Assembly: GCA_002293725.1 (NCBI GenBank)
Contig: DBDU01000023.1
Span: forward strand, 2,700-66,699
Direction of reading: 5' to 3'
Origin: Patescibacteria group bacterium UBA924
GTDB taxonomy: Bacteria; Patescibacteriota; Microgenomatia; UBA1400; PJMF01
DNA: 64,000 nucleotides
Below the pieces are notes generated by a model. It did no database searches. It saw nothing but the letters and a program-made list of their open reading frames with translations, and was not told where the DNA came from. The translations under genes and the position numbers were made by a program. Of this stretch, positions 37,534-46,977 are shown piece after piece. Position 1 is the stretch's first letter. Every line of letters starts with the position of its first letter.

Positions 37534-39564
37534 TTAGTTTGCTAGTGGAATCTGCTCATCATTTCGATGTGCACTGAATAGTTCTGCAAGGGGTGATTGC
37601 CAGGATGGTTTAGTCTGAATAAGATGATCTGCCAATCTTTTTGCTTGTGTGACAAGTTCAAGGTTGGTCCAGTTAGCAAACACGAGTTGGTCTAGACCAT
37701 GTTGTTGGGTTCCAAAAATATCACCAGCGCCACGACGCTGTAGATCTTGTTCAGCTAACTCTAGTCCATTGGTGGTTTCGCAAAACTTAGTTAACCGCTC
37801 GGTAACGTTTTCCGCAGTGCTAGGAGTAAAAAGCAAACAGTAGGCTTGTTGTCCGGCTCGGCCTACTCTGCCCCGCAACTGATGTAAACTGGCCAAACCA
37901 AAGCGTTCGGCGGTCTCAATCACGATAATATCAGCAGCCGGCAAGTCCAGTCCCACCTCCACAATTGGGGTGGTCACTAAGATATCTATCTGCTGGGCAA
38001 ACAGCTCGGTAGTGACTGCTTGTTGCTCTTTCTTGCTCATTCGCCCGTGCAAGAGGGCTAATGTCACCTTCTGGTCTTTTTGTTTAGGTTTGGCGTACAG
38101 CTTACGGAGCTCGTCGTAAAGCGTCTTGGCGGCGGCTACGTTTTCAAAAGCGGCTGCTTTTGAAGTATCGATAAACGGACAGATGACTAATGCTTGAGCA
38201 GGCTTGTGTTGGTGTAACTCTTTGGCAATCCAGTGATATGCCTCGACTCTTTTTTTATTTGGCACTAACCAAGACTTAACCGGCTTGCGACCAGGTGGTA
38301 ACTCATCGATAACACTCAACGAAAGGTGAGAAAAGATCGTTAACAACAGAGTTCTTGGAATGGGTGTGGCAGTTAGTGTTAACAGGTGTGGTTGACGTTT
38401 GAGCGGAAAAGTAGCCGAACGTTGTTGAACGCCAAAGCGATGCTGTTCGTCATAGATTAAGAGGCCTGGCTCAATATCTGAAAGTCTAGACAAGATGGCA
38501 TGGGTGCCGATAAACAGTGTTGGTGTGTTGCTGATTACAACTTTCTTGGCAGTTTGAGCGGTCATCAACTCAATCTTCAGTTCAGGAAAAAGCAGTTGCA
38601 AAGATTTAGCATGTTGCTCAGCTAAGATCTGGGTAGGCGTAACTAGACATGCATGAAGGTTTTGTTTGAGTACTTCTCTACTCGCCAAACCCGCCACCGC
38701 GGTTTTTCCTGAGCCTACATCTCCCAACAGTAAGCGGTTCATCGGGACTGTCTTGTTCATATCAGCCAAGATTTCACCGAGGCTACGTTGTTGAGCTCCC
38801 GTCAGCTCAAAGGGTAAGCCAGTGGTCAGGTTTTTTGGCGGTAAAGGAACTGCCACTGCCTTGTTCAAGCTGCGCCACTGCTCTTTGAGTGCTAAAGAGT
38901 GCAAGATCAGTTGAACCAACTCTTCGAGTGCTAGCCTCTCACGCGAGGTAGTAATCTTGGTTTCACTTTCTGGAAAGTGAAGCTGACGAAGGCTTTCTTC
39001 TAACGATGAAAAATGAGACAAGTCAACGCCGCTGTTGGCCAGACTGTCTTCATCAATCGTCACGTGATCAGCTACTTCTTTGAGAATCTTACGCAAGGTT
39101 CCGGCTGGAATATCCGGGATGGCTGAGTAGACGGGTACTAAACGACCGGTGTGAATGGTATTGCCATCTTGTTTAAAGCTTTCTACAGTGGGTTGAACGA
39201 TCGTGCCGCGGTCACCGAGTTTACCACTGACCAAAAAGTCGGCTGCTACTGTAAAACGATCGATCACATGTGGGTTGTTAAACCACATCAACTTCACCTT
39301 ACCGCTCTCGTCCACCAGCGTAGCTGATTGAATTGAACGACGTCCTCGATAGAAGTTGTGGGGCTTAATAATTTTGCCTGTTAAAGTGACTAGCTCACCT
39401 GGCTTGAGATCGGCGATCTGAGTTCGGGCCGACCGATCTTCGTAACGGAGCGGAGTGTGCAGCAACAGATCTTTAACATTCTTGATGCCGTACTCTGTAA
39501 ACTTGGCGTTGAGAGCTTCGCCGATGCCTTTGACGCGTTCCAATGGAGTGCTCAACCTATACAT
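37534..39564 (-). CDS. recG: ATP-dependent DNA helicase RecG
   Basis: PLRYED, GDVGSGKT, DEQHRFG, TATPIPRT, ERFGLASLHQLRGRVGR. Confidence 0.96.
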   Translation of the reverse strand: MYRLSTPLERVKGIGEALNAKFTEYGIKNVKDLLLHTPLRYEDRSARTQIADLKPGELVTLTGKIIKPHNFYRGRRSIQSATLVDESGKVKLMWFNNPHVIDRFTVAADFLVSGKLGDRGTIVQPTVESFKQDGNTIHTGRLVPVYSAIPDIPAGTLRKILKEVADHVTIDEDSLANSGVDLSHFSSLEESLRQLHFPESETKITTSRERLALEELVQLILHSLALKEQWRSLNKAVAVPLPPKNLTTGLPFELTGAQQRSLGEILADMNKTVPMNRLLLGDVGSGKTAVAGLASREVLKQNLHACLVTPTQILAEQHAKSLQLLFPELKIELMTAQTAKKVVISNTPTLFIGTHAILSRLSDIEPGLLIYDEQHRFGVQQRSATFPLKRQPHLLTLTATPIPRTLLLTIFSHLSLSVIDELPPGRKPVKSWLVPNKKRVEAYHWIAKELHQHKPAQALVICPFIDTSKAAAFENVAAAKTLYDELRKLYAKPKQKDQKVTLALLHGRMSKKEQQAVTTELFAQQIDILVTTPIVEVGLDLPAADIIVIETAERFGLASLHQLRGRVGRAGQQAYCLLFTPSTAENVTERLTKFCETTNGLELAEQDLQRRGAGDIFGTQQHGLDQLVFANWTNLELVTQAKRLADHLIQTKPSWQSPLAELFSAHRNDEQIPLAN

Positions 39565-39604
39565 TGGCCACAGCCTAGTCGTTTCCACTGATGCGGTCAA
39601 GTGA

Positions 39605-39706
39605 CTAGAATAAAAGTAAGAAGCTTGAGAGGCTACTCAAAATCAAACTCACGATCGCAATGATGGCGAAGATCATCAGAAACTGTTGGCGACGTTTAGA
39701 AGTCAT
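39605..39706 (-). CDS. 33-aa single-TM small protein (not in ORF track)
   Basis: MTSKRRQQFLMIFAIIAIVSLILSSLSSFLLLF; AGGGA upstream; fills the tyrS-recG gap. Confidence 0.65.
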   Translation of the reverse strand: MTSKRRQQFLMIFAIIAIVSLILSSLSSFLLLF

Positions 39707-39721
39707 GGCTATGTTTCCCTT

Positions 39722-40918
39722 TTACTTACTAATGCGGAAGTATCGACGCTTCCCTACTCGAATTACTTCAACTTGACTGAGTGTAACTTCTTGTTCTGGA
39801 CTTGTTGGTTTCTCACCCTGAGGAAGCAGCTCAACTCCTCCCTGTTCAATCAGGCGTTTCAACTCACTGGTACTCATCTCAGTTGGACAGCTTTTCAGAA
39901 CATCAAGAATAGTCTTTTCATTACCTGACAGCTTGATCTCTGGAATGTCACTGGGAATCTGTCGCTCTTGAACTGTCTGGCGGAACTGCTCTTCAGCTTG
40001 GTCTGCGAGCTCAGGAGTATGGTACATGGTGGTAATGACGTGAGCCAATTTTTTCTTGAATGGCATTGGGTTCTGACCCTTTTCTAAAGCAGCTCGCATC
40101 TCTTCAATTTCTGTTAGCGGCACGTCAGTTAAAAGGGTGAAGTAATCCAAGATCATCTCGTCAGCCAATGACATGACTTTACCGTACATGTCATTAGGGG
40201 CTTCGGTTAACGCAATAAAGTTACCGTAGCTCTTACTCATCTTGCGGCCATCGGTGCCATTAATAATTGGTGTAGTTAGAACCCATTTTTCATGATTGTT
40301 GTAGGTGCGTTGCAGGTGGCGCCCCATCATCATGTTGAACGTTTGGTCAGTTCCACCAAGCTCGAGGTCTACATTCATCGCTACTGAGTCATAACCTTGG
40401 AGTAAGGGGTAGATAATCTCGTGGCCATGAATTGGCAAGTTGTTCTTCAAACGATCCTGAAACATGTCCCGTTCAGTCAACTGTTGAACGGTAGTTTGGG
40501 CGAGCAGCTTGACGATGTCAGCGTAAGTAAGCTTATCGAGCCAGTCGCCGTTGTACTTAATCGTAATCTTGTCGAAGTCCAAAACCTTACTGGCTTGGGC
40601 TTTCCAGTGTTTGAAGTTTTCTTGAATGACTTCATCCGTTAAAACAGGACGGGTTGAGTCGCGACCCGTGGGGTCCCCAATCCGAACGGTACCGTTGCCA
40701 ATTAACAGGATTACATCGTGGCCAAGATCGGCAAACTGCTGGAGTTTACGCAAAACTACCGCGTGTCCTAAAGTGAGTAAGGCACCTGTGGGGTCAATTC
40801 CGAGGTAGACACGGATTTTGCGTTCGGACATTATTTTAGCTAGTCCTTCTGGAGAAGGTAAAACTTCGGCAACGCCTCGTGTCAGCAACGTATGGAGTTT
40901 GGGATCGGTGTTATTCAT
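39722..40918 (-). CDS. tyrS: Tyrosine--tRNA ligase
   Basis: YLGIDPTG..TLGH, IGDPTGR, YPLLQGYD, GGTDQ, KMSKS, S4-like C-terminus. Confidence 0.97.
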   Translation of the reverse strand: MNNTDPKLHTLLTRGVAEVLPSPEGLAKIMSERKIRVYLGIDPTGALLTLGHAVVLRKLQQFADLGHDVILLIGNGTVRIGDPTGRDSTRPVLTDEVIQENFKHWKAQASKVLDFDKITIKYNGDWLDKLTYADIVKLLAQTTVQQLTERDMFQDRLKNNLPIHGHEIIYPLLQGYDSVAMNVDLELGGTDQTFNMMMGRHLQRTYNNHEKWVLTTPIINGTDGRKMSKSYGNFIALTEAPNDMYGKVMSLADEMILDYFTLLTDVPLTEIEEMRAALEKGQNPMPFKKKLAHVITTMYHTPELADQAEEQFRQTVQERQIPSDIPEIKLSGNEKTILDVLKSCPTEMSTSELKRLIEQGGVELLPQGEKPTSPEQEVTLSQVEVIRVGKRRYFRISK

Positions 40919-40958
40919 AGATATTCCTAATTGTTTTCTTATTTTACTTTATAAATAC

Positions 40959-40984
40959 AAAAAACCTCGCACTTGGCGAGGGTT
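40959..40984 (-). terminator. Attenuator terminator upstream of tyrS
   Basis: CCTCGC-CAAGT-GCGAGG-TTTTTT on the minus strand, ~40 nt before the tyrS start. Confidence 0.8.
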
Positions 40985-41014
40985 GAATCTTTTCTGTTTT
41001 ACAGCACAACTCAC

Positions 41015-41071
41015 TCACCAAGCATATTGGGAGCGATAATAATAGCTAGCGCTAAAACAGTGATGTTTCAT
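41015..41071 (-). CDS. Tyr-rich leader peptide of tyrS (MKHHCFSASYYYRSQYAW)
   Basis: TAT TAT TAT plus a fourth TAT; stop codon lies within the antiterminator strand; TACAAT 10 nt upstream. Confidence 0.8.
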   Translation of the reverse strand: MKHHCFSASYYYRSQYAW

Positions 41072-41115
41072 CTTTAAAGAGATTGTAGCCAAGATCTAAC
41101 GAAAAACAACCTGGA

Positions 41116-41640
41116 TTATCGTTCGGTCACTCTCATTTTGTGAACTTCGTAGAGTACAGATCTACTCAAAGGAGCTCGTGGAGAAAGAGCTAGCTCTACT
41201 AATCCCAGACGCAGGCGGGAGTGTGCATACAAACGATGGTGGCCGTCTTTAACTAAATACAGTCCCGTTTGAGGATCAAGATACGCCAGGATAGGTTTTA
41301 CTTTGGCACCTTGACGGTAAGCCTCGCGGTAGTACTCCATGGCGTCCCGATAGACGGTCCACTGAGTAGCTCGAATTTTACTGACAGGAACGTATTTTTT
41401 TTCAAGTTGATCAATGTCCTCGTCTTCTTCAGTACTTCTGGGAGACTCAATAAATCTGCCAGCTTGATATGAAGGAAAAAAAGCGACTGCTGCGACAGCA
41501 CTAACCGGACAGAATCGTAATAACTCCTTTACGTACTCGTCATCAAACTGGACGTCATGATGAAGTGTGTCTTCGTTTCCCTGGTAATGGTTTTGAAGTA
41601 ACCACTCCCATTGTTTGGTAGAAAGCTCTTGGCGATTCAT
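41116..41640 (-). CDS. ParB/sulfiredoxin N-terminal-like domain protein
   Basis: VPVSKIRATQ, PILA..YLVKDGHHR. Confidence 0.7.
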   Translation of the reverse strand: MNRQELSTKQWEWLLQNHYQGNEDTLHHDVQFDDEYVKELLRFCPVSAVAAVAFFPSYQAGRFIESPRSTEEDEDIDQLEKKYVPVSKIRATQWTVYRDAMEYYREAYRQGAKVKPILAYLDPQTGLYLVKDGHHRLYAHSRLRLGLVELALSPRAPLSRSVLYEVHKMRVTER

Positions 41641-41698
41641 TGCGGTGTGGTGAGAACGTTGGCCGGGGGGTACCCGACCAACGTCTCGGTGGGTGGAG

Positions 41699-41953
41699 TC
41701 AGGCGGTGGGCATCGTAAATGTCACTTCATGCATGAAGCTGAATGACCGACCTTCTGTTAACTCCGGTTGTTGTGCGGCGATTACAGGTGCTGTCTTCTG
41801 AAGGAGTTCATCCTTCATCTCGTCGGAGAGGTCTTCCCAGCGACGATCCAGAATAATCACCAATACATTCTCGCCTTCACTGACTGCACAGGCAACGATT
41901 CGCACCGTCTCCTCATGCGTCACCGTCACAGTTTTTGTCGACGTATCGACCAT
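41699..41953 (-). CDS. Hypothetical protein
   Basis: GGGGAG upstream; TATAAT upstream; followed by a long hairpin. Confidence 0.55.
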   Translation of the reverse strand: MVDTSTKTVTVTHEETVRIVACAVSEGENVLVIILDRRWEDLSDEMKDELLQKTAPVIAAQQPELTEGRSFSFMHEVTFTMPTA

Positions 41954-42057
41954 GGTGTTTTACTCCCCATGATAAAAGGACGAACGCATTATTATATCAA
42001 AAAGCATCAATATAATCAAAGCTATAGGACGTGAATAGGTACAGGTGACTTTCCCAC

Positions 42058-42822
42058 TTGAGACAGACTCGGAAGAAGGCTAAGATATTTTTTCTGCAAC
42101 GGATCGCTTCTTTTCTTCAACACCATCAGGTTTTGATCTTGATCTGCTCGATTACCGCGATACTTTCTGGACTCGGATTTTTTCTGCTGACTTTTTTGGT
42201 CCGGGCTGATCTTCTCCGTAGCATTGATTTTGACCTCACTGTTCGTATTCAAGAAAACGTGCCAGTTCGCTTGGATGAGTACTTTATTATGTTTGGGACT
42301 TTGGCGAAGTTTCAGGTTATTGTTCCCACTTTAGTAGTGCTTTTACTCCTCCTACGACGTTGGGTGCTGGTGGTGAGCTCACTGTTTTTGTTGTTTGTCG
42401 CTCACCTTCTCGAAATTGTTGGGAAGGAAATTCTTTTTCAGCCCCCGCCACCTTTCATGTTTTATCGTCATCCGACTGACTTTATCTTCCCCGACCTTCA
42501 CACTTTTGACGTTTCCTCTTATCCCTCTGGACATAGTATGAGGGTGGTTTTTGTGGTGATCACTCTTTTTGCTGTGCTGTGGAGCTCGCCAAAGATTTCT
42601 TTTCCTATCAGATTGGGCTTGGGAGCTGGTTTAGCTGGCTTCTCCTTTATTATCGTGTTTAGCCGGGTCAGTTTGGGCGAACACTGGACAAGTGACGTTC
42701 TGGGAGGAGCATTCTTGGGCTTGATGATTGCGGCGATAAATGTCATCTTTGTACAGGTAAGTTGGCCTGGAAAGTCCTCGAGTGATATTCCTCATACTCG
42801 AGGAAAAAAAGTGGCCGAATAG
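42058..42822 (+). CDS. PAP2-family membrane phosphatase
   Basis: SYPSGH and SRVSLGEHWTSDV motifs; ~6 TM. Confidence 0.9.
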   Translation: MRQTRKKAKIFFLQRIASFLQHHQVLILICSITAILSGLGFFLLTFLVRADLLRSIDFDLTVRIQENVPVRLDEYFIMFGTLAKFQVIVPTLVVLLLLLRRWVLVVSSLFLLFVAHLLEIVGKEILFQPPPPFMFYRHPTDFIFPDLHTFDVSSYPSGHSMRVVFVVITLFAVLWSSPKISFPIRLGLGAGLAGFSFIIVFSRVSLGEHWTSDVLGGAFLGLMIAAINVIFVQVSWPGKSSSDIPHTRGKKVAE

Positions 42823-42839
42823 GCTGGTAGAATAGAGCG

Positions 42840-45698
42840 ATGCGTATGAAACAGGACGGCATAAAGATTAACCTAACTGCCATCTGGGAGAGGGCAACCG
42901 ATCCTTTCGTGGCGTTATGGTCAAAAGTGACCAGTAAAACGCGTTCTCGGCGCCGATTACACTACACGACTTCGTCAGTAGAAAGCTCTTTTATGGGGCG
43001 TGGTGTTCAATCTGGGGCTGGTGTTGGTGCTCCTGGTCGTAAACGCTTAACTGAAGCTGAAAAACGCTTGCGGATGCTGAAGATCGTTCGTCTTTTAACG
43101 ATTCTGTTCTTTGTCAGCGTCATCGCCGGTTTTGTCGCTTTTTTTGCCCTCTATGCCTGGGTAGCTCGTGACTTGCCTAAACCAGGGCAGGTAATCAAGC
43201 GAGAGGGCTTTACCAGTAAGATCTTAGATCGTAACGGCAAGCTACTCTATGACCTTTACGCCGAAGAACGTAACGATCCAATTCAGATCACTAAGGTTCC
43301 CGCGACGTTGAAAGAAGCTACGGTAGCCGTGGAAGACAAAGACTTCTATCGTCACGGTGGAATCGACATGTTGACGCCATTCCGGATTGTCTATAATTAC
43401 ATTTTCCGTGGTGGTCGTGTGGTGGGTGGTTCAACATTAACTCAGCAGTTAGTCAAAAATGCCCTGCTGAAAACGAACGAACGAACAGCCATTCGTAAGT
43501 TCCGTGAGTATATCTTGGCTCTGCAGATTGAACGCAACTTTACCAAAGACCAGATCTTAGAGTTTTACTTAAATGAAACTCCGTATGGTGGTAACTCTGT
43601 AGGTGTCGGTGCCGCTGCGCAAATTTACTTCGGCAAGACTGTAGATCAACTGAACTTAGTAGAGTCGGTGATTTTAGCTGGTCTACCTCAGCGTCCCTCC
43701 GCTTACTCGCCATATAGTGGCAAGACGACCGAAGACGGTGTTCCCTTATGGAAGTGGCGTGCGCTGGGCGTACTGCGGCGGATGCAAGAAGACAACTATA
43801 TTTCCCAAGAACAGTATGACCAAACGGTTGCCGACCTAGACAATGTCATCTTTGCGACTCCCAAAACCACCATCGTTGCTCCCCACTTTGTCTTTTACGT
43901 GCGTGACTTATTGGAAGAAGAGTTTGGTGAAGGTGTCGTTGCCAAAGGTGGGTTGGAAGTGACGACGACGCTTGATCTTGATATGCAGACGAAAGCCCAG
44001 GAAACGGTGAAGCAAGAAATTGATAAGTTACAGAGTTTAAACATTACCAATGGTGCCGCTATTGTGATGAAGCCTGAAGATGGTGAGATCTTAGCGATGA
44101 TTGGAAGCGTCGACTATAACAGTGACTTGATTGACGGGAAGTTTAACGTAGCTGTTGATGGCTTACGACAACCGGGTTCATCCATCAAACCGCTGACCTA
44201 TCTCGGAATGTTTAGAAAAGGCTTTACGCCAGCTACGATGCTGACCGACGTGCCGACTGTTTTCCAGCGCAATGCTCAAGAGAAACCATACGAACCCAAA
44301 AACTATGACGGTAAGTTCCGTGGACCGGTTAACCTACGTAACAGTCTAGGTAGCTCTTTAAATATTCCGGCGGTGAAGTCTTTGGCGATTGTGGGAATTG
44401 AAGACTTCCTTACTATGGCTTATGACATGGGCTTCCCAACGCTGGAGCCTACTCAAGCAAACATGAGCCGCTTTGGTCTCTCTGCCACCCTAGGTGGTGC
44501 CGAAGTCCATTTGATTGACACGGTGACTGCCTACTCTTCGTTTGCCAATGGCGGTACTAAAGTTGAGCCCACTGCTATTTTGAAAGTCACAGACAACACT
44601 GGCCGAGTATTACGAGAGTTCAAACCGACTCAAGGTCGACGCGTCATGACTGAAGAAGAAGCGTTCTTAATTAATGACATCTTGTCTGATAATAATGCCC
44701 GTTTGATGGCTTTCGGAGCCAACTCGCTCCTCAATGCAGGGAAAGGTGTAGCAGTCAAAACTGGAACGACCAACGACCAGAAAGACAACTGGACGATTGG
44801 CTGGACACAAGACTTAATTATCGGTACTTGGGTGGGTAATAACGACGCGACTTCAATGAAGCAAGTGGCATCAGGTATTACCGGTGCATCCCCAATTTGG
44901 CGCACAATTCTCAACTATGGACTGGAGAATGGATACAAGCCAGCCGAGTGGAAAGTACCTTCTGGGATTGAGCAGTTAGACCTTGATCTTATTTCCGGTT
45001 ATCGGGGTCACGATGGATATCCCAGTCGCCAAGAGTACGTGATCAAAGGAACTGTCCCAAATATCCCTGATCCTGTGCATACCAAGCTTAAGGTTTGCCG
45101 TGGTGAGAACAAGCTGGCAACAGATGCCAAAATTGTAGCTGGTGATTATGACGAAAAAGAGTTTATTGTCTTGCGGGAAGATGATCCATTCAGTGAAGAT
45201 GGCAAAAATCGATGGCAAGAAGCAATTGACGCTTGGATTAGTAGCCAGCCTGATGAGAAGTACAAGGCGCCCAAAGAGTACTGTGGAGACGTTAGCGATA
45301 CTTCTATCAAGATTGACCAACCTGGTAACGAGACCACGCACAGTTCCGAAGACATTCAGTTCAAGATTTTTGCCGACTCCGGTGATGGAATTGAGAAGAT
45401 TGAGCTGTGGGTCAATGACAGCTTACGTGAGACGATCAATAACAAAAGCTTTGAGAGTACGATTAAGCTCCCAGCGGGTCGTTACAAAATCTATGCCAAG
45501 GCCAAGTCTCGCGGTGGCAAAGAAGTAACTAGTAACACTATTCGCATTGGTACTGGTGGTCAGGACTGGAAGGAGCCGCAACAGCCATCTCCTCAACCTT
45601 CACCACAGCAACCGAGTCCACAGCCAAGTCCAGTGTTACCTTCTCTCTTGCCTTCACCACAACCGTCAGTTGAGCCTAGTCCTTCTCCAGGTCCATAA
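42840..45698 (+). CDS. Class A penicillin-binding protein (transglycosylase/transpeptidase) with Ig-like domain and PSPQ tail
   Basis: EDKDFY, GGSTLTQQLVKN, RQPGSSIKP (SxxK), SLN, KTGT. Confidence 0.95.
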   Translation: MRMKQDGIKINLTAIWERATDPFVALWSKVTSKTRSRRRLHYTTSSVESSFMGRGVQSGAGVGAPGRKRLTEAEKRLRMLKIVRLLTILFFVSVIAGFVAFFALYAWVARDLPKPGQVIKREGFTSKILDRNGKLLYDLYAEERNDPIQITKVPATLKEATVAVEDKDFYRHGGIDMLTPFRIVYNYIFRGGRVVGGSTLTQQLVKNALLKTNERTAIRKFREYILALQIERNFTKDQILEFYLNETPYGGNSVGVGAAAQIYFGKTVDQLNLVESVILAGLPQRPSAYSPYSGKTTEDGVPLWKWRALGVLRRMQEDNYISQEQYDQTVADLDNVIFATPKTTIVAPHFVFYVRDLLEEEFGEGVVAKGGLEVTTTLDLDMQTKAQETVKQEIDKLQSLNITNGAAIVMKPEDGEILAMIGSVDYNSDLIDGKFNVAVDGLRQPGSSIKPLTYLGMFRKGFTPATMLTDVPTVFQRNAQEKPYEPKNYDGKFRGPVNLRNSLGSSLNIPAVKSLAIVGIEDFLTMAYDMGFPTLEPTQANMSRFGLSATLGGAEVHLIDTVTAYSSFANGGTKVEPTAILKVTDNTGRVLREFKPTQGRRVMTEEEAFLINDILSDNNARLMAFGANSLLNAGKGVAVKTGTTNDQKDNWTIGWTQDLIIGTWVGNNDATSMKQVASGITGASPIWRTILNYGLENGYKPAEWKVPSGIEQLDLDLISGYRGHDGYPSRQEYVIKGTVPNIPDPVHTKLKVCRGENKLATDAKIVAGDYDEKEFIVLREDDPFSEDGKNRWQEAIDAWISSQPDEKYKAPKEYCGDVSDTSIKIDQPGNETTHSSEDIQFKIFADSGDGIEKIELWVNDSLRETINNKSFESTIKLPAGRYKIYAKAKSRGGKEVTSNTIRIGTGGQDWKEPQQPSPQPSPQQPSPQPSPVLPSLLPSPQPSVEPSPSPGP

Positions 45699-46953
45699 AG
45701 TTACCCAGTAACCAACTCCCACCAATAACACTTATCAGCTGACCAATTTGCTGCGTAAAGAGATAGTGATCCAAGCTAAGTAGAGGCACAAAGATAATTA
45801 AGATATATGGGAAGACTGACTTAAGCTGTTGTTTTTGGGTTGCTGTCAGTTGCCAAATCAGTGTAGCAGTTACCAGCGTTAGTCCCAGTACGCCAACCAG
45901 CCCGACTTCAGCCAAAAGGAGTAAGCCGACATGATGAGCAGGTTGAACGAAACGAACGGCTTCGCGGTCTCTAGAGACGTCTTCTAAGTAAACAGTAAAG
46001 GTATTTAATCCTTTACCTACTACGGGTGAGTCTATAAACATTTGAGTGGCTGCGGTGTTTAGAAATGCACGCCGGGTGAAAGATGGGTCCAGGCTATTTT
46101 TAGCCAAGGCAAAAGTAAAGAGTGGAGCAAGCAGAAAGAACAGTGCTGCGCCGCTCCACAAACCGGTTCGGAGTGACAGAATGCACGCACACTTTTTGAG
46201 TTTTTTGAGACAGTAGATTGCAGTACACCCTCCGCCCAGTGCCAGCATAGCTGACCAAGATTGAGTTAAGAGTAGAGTCAATAACGCACCCGCTGAAACT
46301 ATCACCACACCCCATCGCAACTTCTTCTCTTTCATCGAGCTTGACCAGACAATCAGCAGACCTACTGCCAACACTCCAGCGAGGATGTTTGGATGGCTAG
46401 TCGTGCCATATGGCAAGAGATAGGTAACTCCGTTCCACGTTCCGCGAGCCAAGCCCGCTCGCTTATCCAGCCGTGTTTCCCCTAGCCACTCATACGAAGG
46501 AAAAGCTGAGCTTTGACGAACGTACTGCGTTAGGCCTACCACAGACTGAAACGCTAGCATGCACAGTAAGCTCATCCAGATGATGCGAGACCTGAAGAGT
46601 CGCCAGTGTGTTCCGATCCACCCAGCCAACAGAGACAGCTCTACCAGTTTGAGTAAAAACCACCAAGTGGTCAGCCGTGGTGCAGTGAAAAGTTGGGCTA
46701 CCCCAAGGAGAAGAAAGAGTGCAACGCCCACGTAAAAAGGAGCCTTTAGCTTTACTTTTCTTTTGGATAAGCACTCTACTCCCCAGCTAACTAAGAGCGC
46801 AAAAATAACCAAGTCGCTCAAATACAACTTAGGTAGCAAGTAATCGACTAACAGGCCGTGTACATAGCCGGTAGGTTCAGCAAACTTTAAAAATAAGTTG
46901 CTGGGCCATACAAAAATGAGGATAGCAAGTAACCAACTCTGCAGACGCTGCAT
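45676..46953 (-). CDS. O-antigen ligase/Wzy-like polytopic membrane protein
   Basis: YGTTSHPN, GKGLNTF, QPAHH..LAEVGLVG. Confidence 0.85.
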   Translation of the reverse strand: MQRLQSWLLAILIFVWPSNLFLKFAEPTGYVHGLLVDYLLPKLYLSDLVIFALLVSWGVECLSKRKVKLKAPFYVGVALFLLLGVAQLFTAPRLTTWWFLLKLVELSLLAGWIGTHWRLFRSRIIWMSLLCMLAFQSVVGLTQYVRQSSAFPSYEWLGETRLDKRAGLARGTWNGVTYLLPYGTTSHPNILAGVLAVGLLIVWSSSMKEKKLRWGVVIVSAGALLTLLLTQSWSAMLALGGGCTAIYCLKKLKKCACILSLRTGLWSGAALFFLLAPLFTFALAKNSLDPSFTRRAFLNTAATQMFIDSPVVGKGLNTFTVYLEDVSRDREAVRFVQPAHHVGLLLLAEVGLVGVLGLTLVTATLIWQLTATQKQQLKSVFPYILIIFVPLLSLDHYLFTQQIGQLISVIGGSWLLGNFMDLEKD

Positions 46954-46977
46954 GCTGTCATTGTAGAACAGTCAGAC

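Noticed and set aside
45575-45695. Repeat array at the end of the PBP gene
   Set aside because: Degenerate codons for a PSPQ low-complexity protein tail, not a DNA-level repeat.
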